Assembly: GCA_052327205.1 (NCBI GenBank)
Contig: CM126205.1
Span: forward strand, 154,070,001-154,134,000
DNA length: 64,000 nt
Reading direction: 5' to 3'
Source of the DNA: Somniosus microcephalus
Lineage: Eukaryota
Below, one piece after another: positions 1-11,634 of this stretch. Each line of letters opens with the position of its first letter. Position 1 is the first letter of the stretch. The translations under genes and the position numbers were made by a program. Under the pieces are notes generated by a model. That model did not search any database. It had not been told where the DNA came from and worked only from the letters and a program-made list of their open reading frames with translations.

Positions 1-445
1 GATTTAGTCCAGTAACATAACTACTATGTTACCATACGCGACATACCAGCCATCCTGTGACCTCTGTCTTTCAGATGAGACGTTAAACCGAGGCTATGTC
101 TGCCCTCTCAGGTGGACGTCAAAGATGCCATGATACTATTCAAAGAAGAGCAGGGCAGTTCTCCCCAGGGTGGTGGAAATCTGGAGCTCTCCCCAAAAAG
201 CTGTTAAGGCATTGGGTAGGGGTGCAGGGGCGGGGGGGGGGGGGCGGCGAGTGGTGGTGGAGGGAAAGAGAGGGTCAATTGAAAATTTCAAACTGAGATT
301 GATAGATTTTATATTAGGCAAGGGCATTAGGGTTACAGAACCAAGGTGATAGTTGGAGTTAAGATACATATCAGCCATGATGATCTAATTGAATGGCGGA
401 ACAGGCTCGAGGGACTGAATGGCCCCCCCCCTGTTCCTACATCCC

Positions 446-722
446 GTCTGCGCTCTCAGGTGGATGTAAAAGATCCCATGGCACTATTTCGAAGAAGAGC
501 AGGGGAGTTCTCCCCGGTGTCCTGGCCAATATTTATCTCTCAATCAACATAACAAAAACAGATTATCTGGTCATTATCACATTGCTGTTTGTGGGATCTT
601 GCTGTGCGCAAATTGGCTGCCATGTTTCCCTACATTACAACAGTGACTACACTTCAAAAGTACTTTATAGGCTGTAAAGCGGTTTGGGATGTCCGGTGGT
701 CATGAAAGGCGCTGTATAAATT
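446..722 (+). mobile_element. Deu-domain SINE (SacSINE1/AmnSINE1-like), 3' part
   Basis: CTCTCAGGTGGATGTAAAAGATCCCATGGCACTATTTCGAAGAAGAGCAGGGGAGTTCTCCCCGGTGTCCTGGCC core and L2-like tail ending GGCGCTGTATAAAT. A partial copy lies at about 60-170. Confidence 0.8.
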
Positions 723-858
723 TTCTTTTCCTTTTTCTTTCTCCTTTTTCTCTTTCTCTTTCTCTCTCCTCTACTTTTCTCTCTTTTTCTTCGCTTGTCT
801 TTTTCTTTTCGATCTCCTTTCTTTCTTGCTCTTTCTTTTGTTTCTTTGTCTTTCTTCC
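722..858 (+). repeat. CT-rich simple repeat (SINE tail expansion)
   Basis: Degenerate (TTTC)n pyrimidine run directly after the SINE. Confidence 0.85.
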
Positions 859-1104
859 AGTTCAGAATGGATTTTGTGCTGTAGGCCCACGCCTGCTTGG
901 AACTGAATTGAGATTTCTAAATCATGTCATGCTGCACTCTCACAGCCAAAAGACAGAGAGGATTTTCATTTCATCAATCTGGGCTGAACCCAATGGAGGT
1001 GAAAGAACAATGGTTTAAGCTACTACACCACTTGCTTGTTTAGTAGGAAATCTGCGGTAGACCCATTGCAAAGTAACATTGCGTGTATTTTGTTTTGACT
1101 TTAG

Positions 1105-1158
1105 GTAGTCATGAGGCAGCGAGAAAAGTTGAAACTCATCCTATTACATCCTGGAGCA
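1105..1158 (+). CDS. MCM3AP: Probable MCM3AP/GANP small internal exon (xSHEAARKVETHPITSWS), phase 1-1
   Basis: ttttgactttAG acceptor and GTAAGT donor; 54 nt, open, phase matches the next exon at 7771. The peptide is not recognisably conserved. Confidence 0.6.
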
Positions 1159-1647
1159 GTAAGTAAAGAGTTTCTCTTGATTCATTCTGTGTGGTAATAA
1201 TGCAAAGGTATATACATGCTCTCGTAATATTTTGGTATGAAATATTTGTGTTCATCAAGGTGAGGAATGCAATACTTTGTGCCCATCCCAGGTCAGGAAC
1301 GGCATGATTAGGTGCAGAGTAACGCCCTTTCAATACAGCCCAAATGATGTACCCTCAGCTCCAACCTCAGATGGATGTTCCCCACCATCCTTGTGTGGCA
1401 TTTTCCATACCAGCTACCTTGTGGTCTTTCTTTTATCCAGCAGACACTTCATCTGTCCGGCCTGGATCCGAACCCAGGACCCCCAGGTGAAAGGCCAGTG
1501 TAATCCACTGCACCATCTAGCCCCTGAAACATTATTATTTTGATCTGATAGATTAAGGCACGAGTGATTTGGTGCTGCTATGTTCCCAGCTGGCCTCCGC
1601 TAGGTTGTAAGAATCTTATCACTGTTAGCTGTGTTACCCAGAAATAA

Positions 1648-3313
1648 TTAATTTAACCCAGAAATGCTAGGGAACCAAGGGTCTAGTGAGAAGGAGGAAT
1701 TAAAGGAAATTAGTACTAGTAAAAAAAATAGTGCTGGAGAAATTAATGGGACTGAAAGCCAATAAATCCCCAGGGCCTGATAATCTGCATCCCAGAGTAC
1801 TAAAAGAGGTAGCCATGGAAATAGTGGATGCATTGGTTGTCATCTTCCAAAATTCTATAGATTATGGAACAGTTCCTGCAGGGTGGCAAATGTAACCCCA
1901 CTACTTAAAGTAGGGAGAGAGAAAACAGGGAACTACAGACCGGTTAGCCTAACATCAGTAGTAGGGAAAATGCTAGAGTCTATTATAAAAGATGTGATAA
2001 CAGGACACTTAGAAAATATCAACAGAATTAGACAAAGTCAGCATGGATTTATGAAAGGGAAATCATGTTTGACAAACCGACTGGAGTTTTTTGAGGATGT
2101 AACTGGTAGAATAGTTAAGGGAGAACCAGTGGATGTGGTGTATTTGGATTTTCAGAAGGCCTTTGATAAAGTCCCACATAAGAAGTTAGTGTGCAAAATT
2201 AAAGCACATGGGATTGGGGGTAATATACTGTCATGGATTGAAAATTGGTTAACAGACAGGAAACAGAGAGTAGGAATAAATGGGTCCTTTTCGAGGTGGC
2301 AGGCGGTGACTAGTGGGGTACCGTAGGGATCAGTGCTTGGGCCCCAGCTATTCACAATATTTATCAATGATTTGGATGAGGGAACCAAATGTAATATTTC
2401 CAAGTTTGCTGCCGACACGAAACTTGGTGGGACTGTGAGTTGTGAGGAGGAGGCAAAGAGGCTTCAAGGCGATTTAGGCACGTTGAGTGAGTGGGCAAAT
2501 ACATGGCAGTTGCAGTATAACGTGGATAAATGTGAAGTTATCCACTTTGGTAGGAAAAACAGAAAGGCAGAGTATTATTTAAATGGTGATAGATTGGGAA
2601 ATGCTGATGTACAAAGGGACCTGGGTGTCCTTGTACACCAGTCACTGAAAGCAAACATGCAGGTGCAGCAAGCAGTTAGGAAGGCAAATGGCATGTAGGC
2701 CTTCATTGCAAGAGGATTTGAGTACAGGAGCAAGGATGTTTTACTAGTTATACAGGGCCTTGGTGAGACCACACCTGGAGTACAGTGTGCAGTTTTGGTC
2801 TCCTTACCTAAGAAAGGATATACTTGCTATAGAGGGAGTGCAGCGAAGGTTCACCAGACTGATTCCTGGGATGGCAGGACTGTCGTATGAGGAGAGATTG
2901 GGTCGACTAGGCCTGTATTCACTAGCGTTTAGGAGAATGAGAGGGGATCTCATTGAAACGTATAAAATTCTGACGGCTAGACAGACTGGATGTAGGGAGG
3001 ATGTTTCCCCTGGCTGGGGGGTCTAGAACGAGGGGTCACAGTCGCAGGATACGGGGTAGGACATTTAGGACTGAGATGAGGAGAAATTTCTTCACTCAGA
3101 GGGTGGTGAACCTGTGGAATTCTCTACCACAGAAGGCTGTGGAGGCTAAGTCACTGAATATATTTAAGAAGGAGATAGATTTCTAGACACAAAAGGCATC
3201 AAGGGGTATGGGGAGAGAGCGGGAATATGGTATTGAGATAGAGGATCAGCCATGATCATACGGAATGGCGGAGCAGGCTCGAATGGCCGACTCCTGCTCC
3301 TAATTTTCTATGT
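1648..3313 (+). mobile_element. 5'-truncated CR1 LINE, decayed RT
   Basis: NYRPVSLTS, YLDFQKAFDKVPH, KFAADTK, LVRPHLEY, FFTQRVVNLWNSLP; stops and frameshifts; TTCTATGT tail. Confidence 0.92.
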
Positions 3314-4286
3314 ACTGTATGTGGAGGTTTGAACAAATAAGGAGGAGTATAAAATTGCCTTCCCATCAGTGTGGTTGTCCTCTTTCTTTGGATGTAGGTT
3401 AAATTCCACATACAGAGCACTCTCCTTATAGCCGCCTTTGTTTTATTGTCTCTCTGACCTGGTGTGATTTTAGCTTATCCTTTTGTCTGTGTATCATCTG
3501 GCACAAGATGATCCATCTGGCCTGCATATCCGCTTAGCCCCTTTTCTCTATAACATTCATAAAATGTAATAACCATGAGTCCTTTCAGATGCCAGGGACT
3601 TGTTTATTTCTCTTTTGAAACCCCAGAACATTCCTTCAAACTTGGCCTTGCCTGCTAGCCTTCTTTGTCAAAGCACTGAGGTCTGATTCAGAATGAAACC
3701 TCACGAGCAGTTGGGGCTCAGACATGCCCCATGGCTTGTATGGATACTGTGATGAAGGGAATGTGCCCTTTTGTTACTCCATCTGGATAATGACCTGTTC
3801 AATTGTACACAGAGGATCAACTTTGTGTTGCCAATAGCTTTATGCAGTATGTTGGAACCAATGGGCTAATTGTGAGTTTCTGATAAGTTTCAATATTATA
3901 TCAATATGCTTCCTGTGTGACACTCTGAATTCTTCATCTTAAATTGCTGCCACTACTACAACCCAGGTTTGGAAAGACCTGAACATTTCACATGTGCTTT
4001 ACTGAATTTCTGATGGAACAACACCGACAGTTTAAGCTGCAATCTCAGTGACAATACTGGAACTCCATTCAAAGAATGAGGGATGATAGTGCTGAATGAA
4101 TGAAAGAAAGACTTACATTTATATAACGCCGTTCACGACCACTGGACGTCTCAAAGCGCTTTACAGTCAATGAAGCACTTTTGAAGTGGAGTCACTGCTG
4201 TAATGTGGGACTCGCGGCAGCCAATTTGCACTTGCAAGGTCCCACGAACAGCAATGTTATAATGACCAAATAATCTGTTCAGTGAT

Positions 4287-7201
4287 AGAATCATAGAAAG
4301 TTAAAGCACGGAAGGAGGTCATTTCAGCCCATCGTGTCCGTGCCGGCCAACAAAGAGCTATCCAGCCTAATCCCACTTTCCTGCTCTTGGTCCGTAGCCC
4401 TGCAGGTTACAGCATCCCAAGTGCACATCCAAGTACTTTTTAAATGTGGTTAGGGTTCCTGCCTCTACCACCCTTTCAGGCAGTGAGTTCCAGACCCCCA
4501 CAATCCTCTGGGTGAAGAAATTTCCCCTCAATTCCCCTCTGATTCTTCCATCAATTACTTTAAATCTATGCCCCCTGGTTTTTGACCCTTCTGCTAAGGG
4601 AAAATAGGTCCTTTCTATCCACTTTATCTAGGCCCCTCATAATTTTATACACCTCCATAAGGTCTCCCCTCAGCCGCCTCTGTTCCAAGGAAAACAGACC
4701 CAGCCTATCCAGTTTTTCCTCATAGCTAAGATTCTCTACTCCCGGCAACATCCTTGTAAATCTCTTTTGTACCCTCTTTAGTGCAATCACATCTTTCCTG
4801 TAATGTGGTGACCAGAACGGCACACAGTACTCTAGCTGAGGCCTAACTAGTGTTTTATACAGTTGAAGCATAACCCCCCCTGCTCTTGCCACGGCTAATA
4901 AAGGCAAGAATTCTGTATGCCTTCTTAACCACCTTATCTACCTGGCCTGCTACCTTCAGGGATCTGTGGACATGCACTCCAAGGTCCCTTTGTTCCTCTA
5001 TGCTACTCGGTGTCCTATCATTTAATGTGTATTCCCTTTCCCTGTTAGCCCCCCCCCCCCCCCCCCCCAATGCATTACCTCACACTTCTCCGGATTGAAT
5101 TCCATTTGCCACTGTTCTGCCCACCTGACCAATTTATTGATATCTTCCTGCAGTCTACAGTTTCCTTCTTCAATATCAACCACACAGCCGATTTTAGTAT
5201 CATCTGCAAACTTCTTAATCATACCCCCTGGATCATTGATATATACCACAATAAGCAAGGGACCTTTTACTGAGCCCAGTGGAACCCCACTGGAAACAGC
5301 CTTCCAGTCACAAAAACACACATCAACCATTATCCTCTGCTTCCTGTCTCCGAGCCAGTTTTGAATCCAACTTGACACTTTGCCCTGGATCCCATGGGCT
5401 TTTAACTTCGTGACTAGTCTGCCATGTGGAACCTTATCAAAAGCCTTGCTAAAGTCCATATAAACTACATCAAATGCACTACCCTCATCTACCCTCCTTG
5501 TTACCTCCTCAAAAAATTCAATCCAGTTTGTCAGACACGACCTTCCCTTAACAAATCTGTGCTGACTATCCTTGATTAATCCGTGTCTTTCAAAATGAAG
5601 ATTTATCCTGTCCTTCAGAATTCTTTCCAATAATTTTCCCACCACCGCGGTTAGGCTGACTGGTCTGTAATTACTCGGTCTATTCTTTTCTCCCTTTTTA
5701 AATAAGGGTATCACATTAGCAGTAATCCGGCACCACACCTGAAGCCACAGAGGATTAGAAAATGACGGTCAGGGCCTCTGCTATTTCCTCTTTTGCTTCG
5801 CTTAACAGCCTGGGATACATTTCATCCGGGCCTGGGAATTTATCCACTTTTAAAGCTGCTAAACCCCTTAATACTCCCTCTCTCACTATGTTTATTTCAT
5901 CTAATATTTCACACTCCTCCCCCGATAGCAATGTCTGCTTCGCCCCTCTCCTTTGTGAAAACAGACGCAAAGTATTCATTAACAACCCTACCGACGTCTC
6001 CCGCCTCCACACACACATTACCCTCATGATCTCTCATAGGCCCTACCCTTTAGTTATCCTCTTACTCTTAATATATTTATAAAACATCTTTGGGTTATCC
6101 TTGATTTTACTTGCGAAGAATTTTTCATGCTCTCTCTTTGCCTTCTTAACCTTTTTAATTGCACCCCTGCACTTTCTGTACTCCTCTAAAGATTCTGGAG
6201 TATTTAGCTCTCGGTATCTCATACGCCTCCCTTTTTTTCTTTATCCTACCCTGTATGTCCCTAGACATCCAGGGGGCTCTAGATTTGTTAGTCCCACCTT
6301 TTTTCTTTAAGGGCACATATTTGGTCTGAACCCTCTGGATCTCCTCCTTGAATGCCTCCCACTGCTCTGTCACTGATTTACCTTCAAGTAGCTGTTTCCA
6401 GTCCATTATGGCTAAATCCCCTCTGAGCTTAGCAAAATTTGCTTTTCCCCAATTTAGAATTTTTATTCCTGGTCTATCCTTGTCCTTTTCCATAATTACC
6501 TTAAATCTAACTGAATTATGGTCACTAGCACCAAAATGCTCCCCCGCTGATTCTACCTGCCCAGCTTCATTCCCTAAAACTAAGTCTAGAACCGCCCCCT
6601 CCCTTGTTGGGTTTGCTACATACTGGCTAAAAATGTTCTGGATGCATTTTAGGAATCCGCAACCCCTATACCCTTCACACTAATTTTATCCCAGTTAATA
6701 TCGGGGTAGTTGAAATCCCCTACTATTACTGCCCAATAGTTTTTGCACTTCTCAGAAATTTGTCTACATATTTGCTCTTCTATCTCCCTCTCACTGTTTG
6801 GGGGTCTATAGTACATTCCCAGCAGTGTGATCGCCCCTTTTTTGTTTTTCAATTCGACCCATGATGGGCCTTCAATAACCACAAAACTAGAAGTTATAGA
6901 CTTAAACAAGTTGGCTTTTAATCACTAAGATCAGAGCTAACATCTCAACACGCCGACTGGTTCACAGGAATGAGTCATACAGATCCTGGGATCTTTATGT
7001 AAGAGAAGTCAGGGGCGGAGCCAAGAGCCAAGACCTGGAACCTCCCAGGTTAGTCGGGAAAGAGGAAGTGAAACTATACACAGTGGGGGAGGGTAATATA
7101 CATGAGTGCAAAACGAATACAGGATCAAGACAAACAGATTTCATTACAACCCATATGGCCTCGTTTGATGATCCCTCCAACATATCATCCCTCCTCACAG
7201 C
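4287..7201 (-). mobile_element. CR1 LINE (part of endonuclease + RT), decayed
   Basis: Minus-strand ORFs with YYRPPNS, VGDFNYPDINW, NYRPVSLT, KFADDTK, LVRPQLEY; tail AGAATCATAG at 4287. Confidence 0.9.
6862..7148 (-). mobile_element. Solo LTR (Gypsy-like), 287 bp
   Basis: TG...CA termini; 5-bp TSD ACCCA at 6857-6861 and 7149-7153; interrupts CR1 coding sequence; ATTAAA on the minus strand. Confidence 0.8.
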
Positions 7202-7587
7202 TGATGTTGGTTGAGGGATAAATGTTGGCCAGGACACCGGGGATAGCTCCCCTACTCTTCTTTGAAATAGTGCCATGAGATCTTTTCCGTCCACCTGAGA
7301 GCGCAGACGGGGCCTCGGTTTAACGTCTCATCCGAAAGACGGCACCTCCAACTGTGCAGCACTCCCTCAGCACTGCACTGGAGAGTCAACCTAGCTTCAT
7401 GTGCTCAAGTCCCAGGAGTGAGTCTTCAACCCATAACCTCCTGACTCGGATGCGAGTGTACTACCAACTGAGCCATAGCTGAATGTATCTTCTCTGAGTG
7501 GACATTGCCAGCTGATTCAAATATAAATCTCGGTTGATTGTAATCTTGGCTCACTGTGCTGATGGAAATGGCCAATTGTAGTTTTTG

Positions 7588-7712
7588 TTTGATGAAAGGT
7601 CATCAGCCTGAACCGTTAATTCTCTCTCTCCACAGATGCTGCCTGACCTGCTGAGTATTTCCAGCATTTTTTGATTTTATTTCAGATTTCCAGTATCCGC
7701 AGTATTTTGTGT
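7588..7712 (+). mobile_element. Penelope-derived short repeat with degenerate hammerhead core
   Basis: TGATGAAAGGTCATCAGCCTGAACCGTT...CCACAGATGCTGCCTGACCTGCTGAGTATTTCCAGC; homologous to 31958-32090 and 49538-49735. Confidence 0.6.
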
Positions 7713-7770
7713 TTGTAGTTTTTGTCACTTGTGTTTTGTTTGTTTACTGTTTTATCCTGTGTATTTGTAG

Positions 7771-7940
7771 CTGTGCTGCTGGAGGACCAAACATCAGCTC
7801 AAGAAATGCCTCCTGCTGAACAGCCCTCTCTGCCACTGCCATTGCTTCAGCTTCCTGCTCCTCCGACAGTTCCACTGCCCGTCGCTCCTCAGGTGCCCAG
7901 TGCACCACCTCCAAAGCCTCAGCCAGTCTACTCTGAAAAG
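7771..7940 (+). CDS. MCM3AP: MCM3AP/GANP exon, proline-rich region (VLLEDQ...PPPKPQPVYSEK)
   Basis: gtatttgtAG/GTacaa boundaries; ends PVYSEK, like vertebrate GANP VYSDE; phase 0 joins the exon at 11083. Confidence 0.85.
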
Positions 7941-8145
7941 GTACAACCTGGACACATCAGAAGTGCGATTGCTAATGCTATTTTCCGGAGTTTACTTCAC
8001 CTTCACTGCTCCAGTGTGACTTGTCTAATTTTCTAATGGACACCAGATTTCCCCCTTACTAAATTTCAGGAAAATAATCTAGTTTAGGGGTTCAGTTGAC
8101 ATCCAAAATAGCAAAGTTTCAGTGGTTTTGTTTCATCGAAGAAAG

Positions 8146-8510
8146 ACAGACTTGCATTTCTGTAGTGCCTTTGATGGCTGCAAAACATCCCAAAGCGCTT
8201 TACAGCCAATGAAGTACGTTTGAAGTGTAGTCACTGTTGTAATGTAGGAAACACGGCAGCCAAATTGCACACAGTAAGCTCCCACAAACTACGCTTCTTC
8301 AATATAGTGCCATGAGATCTTTTACGTCCACCTGAGAGAGCAGACGGGACCTTGGTTTAACGTCTCATCCGAAAGACGGCACCCCCGACAGTGCAGCACT
8401 CCCTCAGCACTGTACTGGAGTGTCAGCCTAAATTTTGTGCTCAAGTCTCTAGTGAGACTTGAACCCACAACCTTCTGACTCAGGCAAGAGTGCTACCAAC
8501 TGAGCCACTA
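8146..8510 (-). mobile_element. Deu-domain tRNA SINE
   Basis: Reverse complement of the 446-722 family plus tRNA head (GTGGCTCAGTTGGTAGC...GGTTCAAGTC). Confidence 0.8.
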
Positions 8511-8515
8511 GAGAT

Positions 8516-9984
8516 AGATTCATAGAATGGTTACAGCACAGAAGGAGGCCATTCGGCCCGTCGAGCCCATGCCGTCTCTGCAAGAGCACTTCAGCTAGTC
8601 TGGTTCTTGCCCCTTCCGCCAATGGGAACAGGTTCTCTCTATCTACTCTGTCTAGACCCCTCATGATTTTGAACACCTCACATCCTTCCTAAAGCGCAGT
8701 GCCCAGAATTGGACACAATACTCCAGTTGAAGCCGAGCCAGTGTTTTATAAAGGTTCATCATAACTTCCTTGCTTTTGTACTCTATGCCTCTATTTATGA
8801 AGCCCAGTATGATTTTTTTTTAACCACTTTCTCAGCCTGCCCTGCCACCTTCAACAATTTGTGCACATATACCCCCAGGTCTCTCTGTTTATGCACCCCC
8901 TTTAGAATTGTACCTTTTAGTTTATATTGCCTCTCCTCGTTCTTCCTACCAAAATGTATCACTTGGCACTTTTCTGCGTTAAATTTCATCTGCCACGTGT
9001 CCGCCCATTCCACCAGCCTGTTTATGTCCTCTTGAAGTCTTATCACTATCCTTCTCACTGTTCACTATACTTCCAAGTTTTGTGTCCTCTGCAAATTTTG
9101 AAATTGTGCCCTATTAAGTCCAAGTCATTAATATATATCAAGAAAAGCAGTGGTCCTAGTACCAACCCCTGGGGAACACCACTGTATTCCTCCAGTCTGA
9201 AAAACAACCGTTCACCACTACTCTCTGTTTCCTGTCACTTAGCCAATTTCGTATCCATGCTCCCACTGTCCCTTTTATTCCATGGGCTTCAACTTTGCTA
9301 GCAAGCCTATTATGTGGCACTTTATCAAATGCCTTTTAGAAGTCCATGTACACCACATCAACCGCATTGCCCTCATCAACACTCTCTGTTACCTCATCAA
9401 AAAACGTGATCAAGTTGGTTAAGCACGAGTTGCCTTTAACAAATCTGTGCTGGCTTTCCTTAATTAATCCACACTTGTCCAAGTGACTGTTAACTTTGTC
9501 CCTGATTATCGTTTCTAAAAGCTTCCCCACTACCAAGGTCAAACTGACTGGCCTGTAGTTGCTGGGTTTATCCTTACTGCCTTTTTTGAACAAAGGTGTA
9601 ACATTTGCAATTCTCCAGTTCTCTGGCACCACCCCCGTATCTAAGGAGGATTGGAAGATTATGGCCAGTACCGCCGTGATTTCCTCTTTAATTTCCCTCA
9701 GCATCCTGGGATGCATCCCATCTGGTCCTGGTGACTTATCAACTTTAAGTACAGACTGTCTTTCTAGTACCTCTTTATCAATTTTTATCTCATCCAGTAT
9801 CTCCACTACCCCCTCTTTCCCTATGACTGACAGCATCATCTTCCTTGGTGAAGACAGATGCAAAGTACTCATTTAGTACCTCAGCCATGCCCTCTGCCTC
9901 CGTGCGTTGGTTTCCTTTTTGGTCCCAAATTGGCCCTACCACTCGTCTTACTACCCATTTACTATTTATATGCCTATAGAAGAT
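8516..9984 (-). mobile_element. CR1 LINE RT fragment
   Basis: KSPGPDGMHPR, NYRPVSLT, VYMDF; ATTCATAGAAT tail at about 8518. Confidence 0.9.
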
Positions 9985-10189
9985 CACTGTTATAACTCAC
10001 TAAGAGATGTCTGGTATTAATGACTAATATGTGTGTGCTTATGACTGAAATTTTATATTATGTATGTGCACAGGACAGTGAATTTATTTTTTGTCAATTG
10101 TTTCTTACCTTTTGCAGTGTGCTTCTCCATTGCTATTGAGTGTGCAACAGAAATTACTGTAATATTCGGTAATCAGTCCCTTTCCTACA

Positions 10190-10602
10190 GGAAGTTGTAT
10201 TGCATCCTTGGGATATCACAAAGTGATTCATGGTCGATGAATATGTAGCTACTGTTGTTATATAGGTAAACATAACAGTCAACTTGCACACAGCAAGGTC
10301 TCAAACAACATGAATGAGTACTTCACCTGTTTTGTTGCTGTTAGTTGAAGGTTAGTTGGCCGGGATACTGGGAGAGCCACCCGCTCCTCAAATAGTGCCG
10401 TGGTATCTTTTAAATCACTTGAGCAGGCAGACATGGCCTCCGTTTACTTTCCTCTGGTTAGAGGCACATCCAACAATGCAGCTTTCCCTCCCGACTGCAC
10501 AAAAATTTTAGCCTAGAGGATCTCCTCAAATCCTCGGGTGGGGTTTGAGCCACGACCATCTGACTCTGAGGTGCGAGTGCCTCCACTGGGCCAATCTGAC
10601 AC
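10190..10602 (-). mobile_element. Old diverged Deu-SINE
   Basis: Degenerate match to 8146-8510 (aatagtgccgtgg, gcagacatggcctccgttta, tgactctgaggtgcgagtgc). Confidence 0.6.
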
Positions 10603-11082
10603 TACAATTTGTACATACAAAACGTTCGTGAAGTGTGATTTATGTACCAGGTTTTAGCCCCTGTACTTTGAGCGATCTTGCCAATAATTATTGGGCATGT
10701 GGCTGTGTATCTCCTGTAATGAGTGTCTGTGTTTGGTCGTGTGGGTTTGTTTTAGGATTGTAAATTATAACGTGGAAAGAGGGAGAAAAAAATAAAAGCA
10801 ATCCAGTGCTACAAAACTCTGCAGTGGAACAGTTCACTATCATAATTGGGTGGAGTGGTGGATAAGATGCTCTTTTTATATTGCTGTTCCCTAGGTGTAA
10901 GGAGTAAGAAAATGAGAGACAAAAAAGTTGTAGAAAGTAGAGAGGAGATGTCAATTTTAAAAAGAGAGGAGCAATGGATGAAGAGTACTAAATCCTGCTG
11001 CCCTTGTGTATTTTGGATGTTAGATGTTTGGATGACTGTCTCTGTCCCCTGTTTCAGTATTGCTTTCTTTCTTTTCTTTCAG

Positions 11083-11195
11083 ATGATAGTTGAAGTGGTC
11101 AAAGACCTGGTTAAAGATATGGTAAAGGACGTTCTCCGTGTGGAGTGTAAAGAACTGGCGAAAGCAGGGGTGGCTTATGCTGCTGAAGCCATCAG
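11083..11195 (+). CDS. MCM3AP: MCM3AP/GANP exon (MIVEVVKDLVK...ECKELAKAGVAYAAEAI)
   Basis: Polypyrimidine tract + AG, GT donor; resembles human DCEEVGSAGAAYAAAAL; phase 0-2. Confidence 0.9.
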
Positions 11196-11634
11196 GTACA
11201 AGGCTGCTTTAGGCCAAGGAGTTGTCACTGGGGGGGATTTGAGGTAGTAAGATTCTCTGGTCTTCCAAAAATAATGGGAACTGGTGAGTAGTGCTTGAGA
11301 ATTTCAACATTAGAATAATATTTTTAGATTGATGTGCAAATATCATGAACTAAGATGTTTTAAATGTTTGGTCAGCTTTGTGGCATAGAACATTTGGTCA
11401 GCAGTATGTAGTGCCTTGAAGTGGAAAGAAATGAGTTGGCAGTTCCCCCACTTTGAACATGCTGTTGTAGATAAACACCAGACAGTGGGAAGAAGGTCAC
11501 ATTGGAGAGAGACTTTGCATGTATGCTGCACAGACATTGACACCTGGCATTGGAAGATGTTGAGGGTAAGTTCGCGATATCGCAGATTGAGACATCACAT
11601 CCATCTAGACTGGGACGAGGAAGGAAAATGGAGG

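Larger units (their letters stand above)
4105..7480 (-). mobile_element. Deu-SINE split into 4105-4286 and 7202-7480 by a CR1 insertion
   Basis: 3' half ends ...ctgttcagTGAT and the 5' half resumes TGATgttggttgaggg; tRNA-like head at about 7410-7480. Confidence 0.75.

Noticed and set aside
689-1018. Phe/Ser-rich 109-aa membrane-like ORF
   Set aside because: Translation of a CT simple repeat.
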